Shown here: positions 58,839 to 64,000 of the stretch, piece by piece
Layout of the letters: every line of letters begins with the position of its first letter
Position numbering within the stretch: position 1 is the first letter of the stretch
IMG/VR virus record: IMGVR_UViG_2847060657_000007
Coordinates: 1-64,000 of that record
From: a virus
Lineage: Duplodnaviria; Caudoviricetes
Direction: 5' to 3' (one strand)
Length of the DNA stretch: 64,000 nt
Program-made: the position numbers and the translations under genes
Notes under the pieces: generated by a model
What the model saw: the letters and a program-made list of their open reading frames with translations, nothing else
The model's database searches: none
What the model was told of the DNA's origin: nothing

Positions 58839-60419
58839 TTATCGTGTTGCGTAACAACAAAACGCTTCAATGACCTTAAAGACATTATCGCCAAATCCAC
58901 CAACATTTAACACATCATTGCCATTTTTGGCTTGGGAAGAGGTATAAGGCTGTAAATCCACGCATATTAGCTTGGCATTAGGGCAACGCTTTTTTAAAAT
59001 TCGCCATTCTTTCATCATTTGTGTGCCACGCCCAGACTGCTCGTCCGCCCACGATTCATTGTCCGAAAAATAAATCATCACATCAATCTTTGCTTTTTGG
59101 CGATTTAATTCGGCAAGCGGTAAGGCGGTGTGTGTTCCGCCCCCGCCAAACTTGGCAAGCCGTTCGGCTAAGGCAAGCACATCAACGGCAGGCGGTGTTT
59201 GGGCGGTGTCCGCTTTGCCAAAGGCGGATTTTAGGCGTACACTAAAAGGTTTTTTGCCTGTGATTTGACTAATATTATCATTAAAATCAATCACTTGGTG
59301 CAAACGGGTATCAAAGGGCATAATCATCGCTGTGGGGTTGGCAACCTTCATCGCAGACGCAAACAAACTTGCCACATCAATGCACCGCACCTGCGATGTC
59401 GCCCCACGCCGATAGCCCATTACGGGCGAGTGCATAGAGCCTGACACATCTACGCCGATGGCGATTTGCCCGTCAAGGCGTGGCACATTGGCAAGGGCGT
59501 GGCTCATCGCCGTTTTTAGGGCGTTTTTGATGACGGCAGGAACATCATCGCCCAGAGCCTGCCAAGTGGCGTAAAGCTGATAGGGAAAGGCACGGGCGTG
59601 TTTGACCGCCTGCTCGTCCGCTAATTTATCCGCCAGCATTTGCGCCATACCGTCCACGCCAAACACGCCGTGACGGACAAAGGTGTTTAAATTCATTCGC
59701 ACCATTTGCCACGAGCCTTGTTTGGCAAGGCCTGCCCAATGCTCCGTTGTCAAATCAAGCGACATCAGCCACTCAATGGGCAAGTCGGGCAAGGGCTGTT
59801 GGTTGTCCTTTTGAAAGTCAAGGAGCGAGCGAGCAAGGGGCGGTAAGTGATTGTAATTAAAGTCTTTTTGCAACGCCCATTTGATAAGGGCTTCGCTCTT
59901 GTCATCAAAAGGTTTTGGGTGGCTTAGGCGAATGACATCTCTTAGGGTGGGTTTATTGCCGATATTGGCGTTAATAAATTGTCTGTCGCTAGCGGTAAGT
60001 AACCACTCATTCACCAAATTTTTGGCAAAATTACCCAAACTTTTACGCCCAACCGCCCCGCCCCGCATTACCTGAACAAAGTTTCTAAGCTGTTTGCCAT
60101 TATTGACAATGTCCTTAAAAATGGCTTTGGCAAAGGGCTGACCGTCCGCCTTAACGCACAAAATCGCCAAAAGCACAACGGGCGTGTCTTTCATCAAGGC
60201 GTGCTGACGGGCGTATAGGGCAAGTTTTGCCAAAAATGCGTTGTCAATTTTGTGTGCCAAATCAATGACTTCGCCAATCTGCTCGCCCCCTGTGACATAA
60301 AAAGTCTGGTTAAAAGTCCCCGTACACACAAGCTGAGCAAGGGCTTGTTTGGGGCTTAACTCGTACGCCTTGCCCCCTTGGTGGTTGGTGGTTTGGGGGT
60401 TAAAAATGTTGGTGTTCAT
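58839..60419 (-). CDS. rsr: Ro60-related RNA-binding protein (TROVE + vWA)
   Basis: NHQGGKAYELSPKQALAQL..TG.FN.TFY; LRNFVQVMRGGAVGRKSLG; QMVRMNLNTFVRHGVF; vWA DVSGSM...SDNESW; GGAGA RBS. Confidence 0.92.
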   Translation of the reverse strand: MNTNIFNPQTTNHQGGKAYELSPKQALAQLVCTGTFNQTFYVTGGEQIGEVIDLAHKIDNAFLAKLALYARQHALMKDTPVVLLAILCVKADGQPFAKAIFKDIVNNGKQLRNFVQVMRGGAVGRKSLGNFAKNLVNEWLLTASDRQFINANIGNKPTLRDVIRLSHPKPFDDKSEALIKWALQKDFNYNHLPPLARSLLDFQKDNQQPLPDLPIEWLMSLDLTTEHWAGLAKQGSWQMVRMNLNTFVRHGVFGVDGMAQMLADKLADEQAVKHARAFPYQLYATWQALGDDVPAVIKNALKTAMSHALANVPRLDGQIAIGVDVSGSMHSPVMGYRRGATSQVRCIDVASLFASAMKVANPTAMIMPFDTRLHQVIDFNDNISQITGKKPFSVRLKSAFGKADTAQTPPAVDVLALAERLAKFGGGGTHTALPLAELNRQKAKIDVMIYFSDNESWADEQSGRGTQMMKEWRILKKRCPNAKLICVDLQPYTSSQAKNGNDVLNVGGFGDNVFKVIEAFCCYATR

Positions 60420-60463
60420 AACCAATCTCCATTTATGAAGTTATACAAAAAGATAGAAAAATT

Positions 60464-60695
60464 TGGTGGACACGACGGGATTCGAACCCGCATCTGTGCT
60501 GTTACTGCCATTTTTAGTCGTACAGCCGAGCAGTCTTATTGGAAACGCGCGCCAGTAGTAGACCATTTGCCATAGCCAGTACCTGCATCTGCAACCGTAC
60601 CAAGACCCCCGCTTGCGAACAACACCCAGTTTTACCCAGACTACCCAAGACCCAATCGTTTTTGGTAGCGTCGCCCCCTGTATGACAGCGTGCCC
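60464..60695 (-). ncRNA. Unannotated 232-nt tRNA/tmRNA-like RNA upstream of rsr
   Basis: 5' GGGCACG pairs with 3' CGTGTCC followed by A-CCA (G3-U70 wobble); T-arm GCGGG-TTCGAAT-CCCGT; starts about 15 nt below a sigma54-like -12 box. Confidence 0.75.
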
Positions 60696-60708
60696 GTATT
60701 TATCATTA

Positions 60709-60725
60709 TCCAAATCTTGTGCCAA
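60709..60725 (-). promoter_or_regulatory. sigma54-type -24/-12 promoter
   Basis: TTGGCAC-AAGAT-TTGGA: correct GG spacing, GG instead of GC at -12; divergent from rtcR. Confidence 0.6.
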
Positions 60726-60753
60726 CTTGGGAAATTTTGGGAAAAATAGTTTT

Positions 60754-60766
60754 TAAGTAATTGATT
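60754..60766 (-). promoter_or_regulatory. IHF-binding site
   Basis: AATCAATTACTTA is an exact match to WATCAANNNNTTR and lies between the promoter and the putative UAS. Confidence 0.55.
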
Positions 60767-60829
60767 TTTAATGGATTAAAATTTTAACATTGGAGAAATT
60801 TTAGTATTGGCTTGTAAAAATTTTGGGAA

Positions 60830-60853
60830 AAATCTATAATATTAGATAGATTT
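60830..60853. promoter_or_regulatory. Candidate RtcR upstream activating site
   Basis: Inverted repeat AAATCTAT-N8-ATAGATTT, 105-130 bp upstream of the -24 box. Confidence 0.45.
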
Positions 60854-60879
60854 ATATTTTTTTATTCTAGGTAATTTTA

Positions 60880-61038
60880 ATGGAAAATTTAGAAAATGAT
60901 AAAATCACAACCCAAAATCAAGGGCGTTTTGATGATGTTTTTGGCATTTTAACCGCCACAACAGGGGCGAGTGTTGAAGAAATGAACGAAGCCATTATTG
61001 AAAGTGCGTGTGAATTTAACAAAGATTTGGAAGATTAA
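60880..61038 (+). CDS. 52-aa small ORF resembling the C-terminal half of AbrB/VapB-type antitoxins
   Basis: MENL...FDDVFGILTATTGASVEEMNEAIIESA; stop 2 nt before the rtcR ATG; below the ORF-track cutoff. Confidence 0.45.
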   Translation: MENLENDKITTQNQGRFDDVFGILTATTGASVEEMNEAIIESACEFNKDLED

Positions 61039-61040
61039 TA

Positions 61041-62627
61041 ATGAAAAAATCGGTCATGCTTGGCTTTTTGGGTACGGTGCTGGACGATGGATTTAGCCAA
61101 AGACGGCACGCCAAATGGCGACCGAATGTCAATGTGCATAGGGTAATGGCGTTTGACCGTGTGGAGCTGTTTATTTCGCCAAAATATCTGGCACTTGCCG
61201 AGCAAGTGGTGGCGGACATTAAGGAGATTCGCCCAGAAATCACGGTCAATTTGGTGGATATACCCCTTGACAATCCGTGGGATTTTGGCGAAGTGTATGA
61301 AAAATTAGCAAGTTGGGCGGACAGCTATCCTTTTGATATTGAACAAGAAAATTATTTTACCCACATTACCACAGGCACGCACGTTGCCCAGATTTGCCTG
61401 TTTTTATTGGTGGAAAGCCGCCAAATTCCAAGCCTACTTTTGCAGACCGCTCCGCCCAAAGACAGCCCTTGCCAAGTGGAGACGATTGATTTGGATTTGG
61501 CTCGTTATGATGCCCTAGCCAGTCGCCTAAGCAAGGTCAAGGACGATGCGGTGCGGTTTTTGAAAACCGACATTGCCACCAAAAACCCCACCTTTAACGC
61601 CCTAATCGGGCAAATTGAACAAGTGGCGATGGGTTCAAAGTCGCCCATGCTGATTATGGGGGCGACTGGGGCGGGCAAATCGCAACTGGCACGGCGAATT
61701 TATGAGCTTAAAAAGGCTCGGCATTTGGTGGCGGGGCGGTTTGTGGAAGTCAATTGTGCAACTTTGCGGGGCGATATGGCGTATTCGGCTCTGTTTGGGC
61801 ATAAAAAAGGGGCGTTTACGGGGGCGATGACGGCACGGGACGGCTATCTTTTGACCGCTCATCAGGGCGTGCTGTTTTTGGACGAGATTGGCGAGCTTGG
61901 GGCGGACGAACAGGCGATGCTTTTGACTGCGTTGGAAGACAAACGCTTTTATCCGATGGGATCGGATACGCCTGTACACAGCGATTTTTGGCTCATTGCA
62001 GGGACAAATAAGGATTTGAAAGCGTGTGTGCGGGCGGGAACATTTCGGGAAGATTTGTACGCCCGTATCAATGTTTGGCAATACACCCTGCCCGCCCTAA
62101 AAAACCGCAAGGAAGACATCGCCCCCAACATCGCCTATCAGCTTGACATTGCAGGCTTTGAGCTTGGGCGGAAAGTGCGGTTTGGCAAGGAGGCGTATGA
62201 GCGGTATTTGGCGTTTTGTATGAGTGATGGGGCGGTTTGGCGGGGCAATTTTCGGGATTTATCGGCGAGTATTTTACGCCTTGCGACTTTGGCAAATGAT
62301 GGCAAAATCAATGAAAAATTGGTTAATGATGAAATTGGGCGTTTAAAAGAATTATGGGCGGACGATGATAATCAACTTGACAAAAAGTCCAATATTAATA
62401 TTAACCCCGAATTGTTAAATAAAATCAATGCCCAACATTTAGATGAATTTGATAAAATGCAATTATTAAATGTCATTAAACTTTGCCAATCCCACCCCAC
62501 GATGGCAAGTGCAGGACGGGCATTGTTTAATCATTCACGGCTGGATAAGGCAAGTGGTAATGATAGCGATAGATTAAGGAAATATTTGAGGAAGTTTGGG
62601 GTGAGTTGGGGGGAGATTAAGGGGTAA
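61041..62627 (+). CDS. rtcR: RtcR, CARF-domain sigma54-dependent activator
   Basis: KWRPNV, DNPWDFGEVY, HITTGTHVAQICLFLL (RtcR N-domain); GATGAGKS, LFGHKKGAFTGA, FLDEIGEL; NDSDRLRKYL. Confidence 0.95.
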   Translation: MKKSVMLGFLGTVLDDGFSQRRHAKWRPNVNVHRVMAFDRVELFISPKYLALAEQVVADIKEIRPEITVNLVDIPLDNPWDFGEVYEKLASWADSYPFDIEQENYFTHITTGTHVAQICLFLLVESRQIPSLLLQTAPPKDSPCQVETIDLDLARYDALASRLSKVKDDAVRFLKTDIATKNPTFNALIGQIEQVAMGSKSPMLIMGATGAGKSQLARRIYELKKARHLVAGRFVEVNCATLRGDMAYSALFGHKKGAFTGAMTARDGYLLTAHQGVLFLDEIGELGADEQAMLLTALEDKRFYPMGSDTPVHSDFWLIAGTNKDLKACVRAGTFREDLYARINVWQYTLPALKNRKEDIAPNIAYQLDIAGFELGRKVRFGKEAYERYLAFCMSDGAVWRGNFRDLSASILRLATLANDGKINEKLVNDEIGRLKELWADDDNQLDKKSNININPELLNKINAQHLDEFDKMQLLNVIKLCQSHPTMASAGRALFNHSRLDKASGNDSDRLRKYLRKFGVSWGEIKG

Positions 62628-62635
62628 TTTGGGGG

Positions 62636-62662
62636 TGTAAGGTGCGTAATACGCACCTTACA
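62636..62662. repeat. REP-like palindrome / terminator
   Basis: TGTAAGGTGCGT-AAT-ACGCACCTTACA, 12-bp perfect arms between convergent genes. Confidence 0.55.
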
Positions 62663-62664
62663 AA

Positions 62665-63109
62665 TCAACAAAGAACCACATTTAATTTTCTTTCTTTTAA
62701 AATATCAACAATGATGTCTTTTTCTTTAAAATTACTTTCATTAAAATCACACCAATAGACAGTAATATCCTTAACGCCAAAAATATCAAAACAATCATCA
62801 AATCCATCTAAGTCAGAACCAAAATACCCACCAATACCCACCAATACCCACCAATTGTTCAGAAAAATAACATAAAAATGAATTTTTGCTTTGTATGTCT
62901 TTGCCAGAAATGTGAATGGTTTGGTTGTATTTATGATGTTTTCTATTATAATAATAACAAGCCCTTAGCCACTCATATTTTTCTTGTTCTGAATAATTAA
63001 TCCAGCACTTTTGTTGTTGTTTTATCATCTTATTTATGTGATACAATAATTTATCATGAGAAATCCCACTTTCATCATTGATAAAATATTCTTCCAATAA
63101 AACTTTCAT
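62665..63109 (-). pseudogene. Barstar-family protein frameshifted by a 10-bp tandem repeat expansion
   Basis: ATACCCACCA x3 at 62824-62853; removing one unit restores VGIGGYFGSDLDGFDDCF...IIVDILKERKLNVVLC* (145 codons). Confidence 0.75.
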
Positions 63110-63198
63110 GTAATGCTCCATTTTACAGCAAACATTCTTCACTAACAAAAAGAAACACAAAAACCAAAAATTAAAGTGTTTGCCTTATCAATTAAAAA

Positions 63199-63645
63199 TC
63201 AACCAAAAACCAAATTGATAAAATTATGTTCGTATAACTCATTGTTTTTATCAATACAAATTTTACTGACAAATAAATAATCAATCCAATCCGTATTTGG
63301 CAATAGGCTATTTAATTCATTAACAATTTGGGTTTCTGATTTTTCTTGAAAAATTTTTTTAATAAATCATTTACCAAAGAAATCACATATTGATTTCTTT
63401 GGCACTCATCGGACAGCTGGTATTCTTGAATTTTTTCAAAAAAATTTATGGGCAATAAAACCACCATCTGAGTCAATATAATCATTACTCCAAAAGATAT
63501 AACCACTCCATTTTGGGTCAATAATCAATTTATCAAGTTCATGATGTATTTCATTACCCCGCTCTTCGCTATGATTACCACCCACAAGTTCATTAATTAA
63601 CTGTGTAATTTTTTCTTTTTGAATGGCGTTCATAGCTTTATCCAA
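63199..63645 (-). pseudogene. Tandem-domain bacteriocin-immunity-like protein with two homopolymer frameshifts
   Basis: Joined frames give ...ELDKLIIDPKWSGYIFWSNDYID... and ...ELNSLLPNTDWIDYLFVSKICID...; shifts at A/T runs near 63440 and 63355. Confidence 0.55.
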
Positions 63646-63658
63646 TCATTATCACAAA

Positions 63659-64000
63659 TCACCCCAACACCCCCTGCACACCCTGCCAACCAACCTTCAC
63701 CCCAAGTCCGACCAGCACCCACAGGATAAGTGTGCGAAATTTGGCGGACGGCAGGCGTTTGCCAAGCCTTGCCCCGATGACAATGCCAAGCACCGACAGC
63801 ACGGTTAAGCCGATTATCATCGTCCAAGTTTGGGTAGGCACTTCTAATAAAACTTCTTTTAAAACAATGGCTTGTACCAATTTATTGACAAAATAACACA
63901 AATTCCCAACTTTGATAATCGTGTCCTTATCATCGGTCATTGAAAGTAGATACATCAAAAGCACGGACGACATCGCATTGGTTGCCCCGCCGACCACGCC
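63659..64000 (-). CDS. TauE/SafE (TSUP) family membrane protein, 3' part
   Basis: GGATNAMSSVLLMYL; hydrophobic helices; FRTLILWVL..LG; 5' end lies outside the window. Confidence 0.7.
   Translation of the reverse strand, partial: GVVGGATNAMSSVLLMYLLSMTDDKDTIIKVGNLCYFVNKLVQAIVLKEVLLEVPTQTWTMIIGLTVLSVLGIVIGARLGKRLPSAKFRTLILWVLVGLGVKVGWQGVQGVLG

Noticed and set aside
60464-60695. Ordinary tRNA gene or the housekeeping tmRNA
   Set aside because: No anticodon arm at tRNA spacing; about 130 nt shorter than typical tmRNA, and no ANDENYALAA-like tag.
60441-60725. 94-aa ORF (and 60378-60575) over the ncRNA
   Set aside because: It starts inside the sigma54 box, has no RBS or recognisable motif, and the region is better explained by RNA structure.

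Overview
AT-rich gammaproteobacterial accessory region. It looks Moraxellaceae-like, but that is inference from gene content only. (1) 1-39.5 kb, minus strand: a very large type VI secretion (T6SS) effector/immunity array with no sheath, baseplate or hcp genes. It holds five vgrG copies that are almost base-identical over about 2.7 kb including their promoter, each with a different C-terminal tip and a different downstream effector/immunity pair (Ntox15/Tde-like DNase, two VRR-NUC nucleases, a Cys-His amidase, a lipase). It also holds a polymorphic LysM-carrier family of double peptidoglycan hydrolases with an orphan C-terminal cassette. (2) 39.5-53.8 kb: IS481, a tRNA-Gly 3' half (att-like), an orphan vgrG tip, a Zn-metallopeptidase effector with four tandem immunity paralogs, clpV, a PAAR effector broken by IS30, and nested IS30/IS630/IS481 debris. 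(3) 54-58.7 kb: a phage-satellite-like segment with an array of covarying 24-bp palindromes, a c4-type antisense RNA, a Mor-like activator and a Mu-type protease/scaffold. (4) 58.8-62.6 kb: rtcR divergent from a sigma54-type promoter (UAS + IHF site + -24/-12). The predicted transcript starts with an unannotated 232-nt tRNA/tmRNA-like RNA (G3-U70 acceptor stem, T-arm, ACCA end, internal 26-codon GCA-initiated frame) followed by Ro60/TROVE, with no rtcB or rtcA. This is the best candidate for an undescribed system. (5) 62.6-64 kb: frameshifted barstar-like and bacteriocin-immunity-like genes and a TauE/SafE fragment. All family calls come from motif recognition by eye; no database searches were run.
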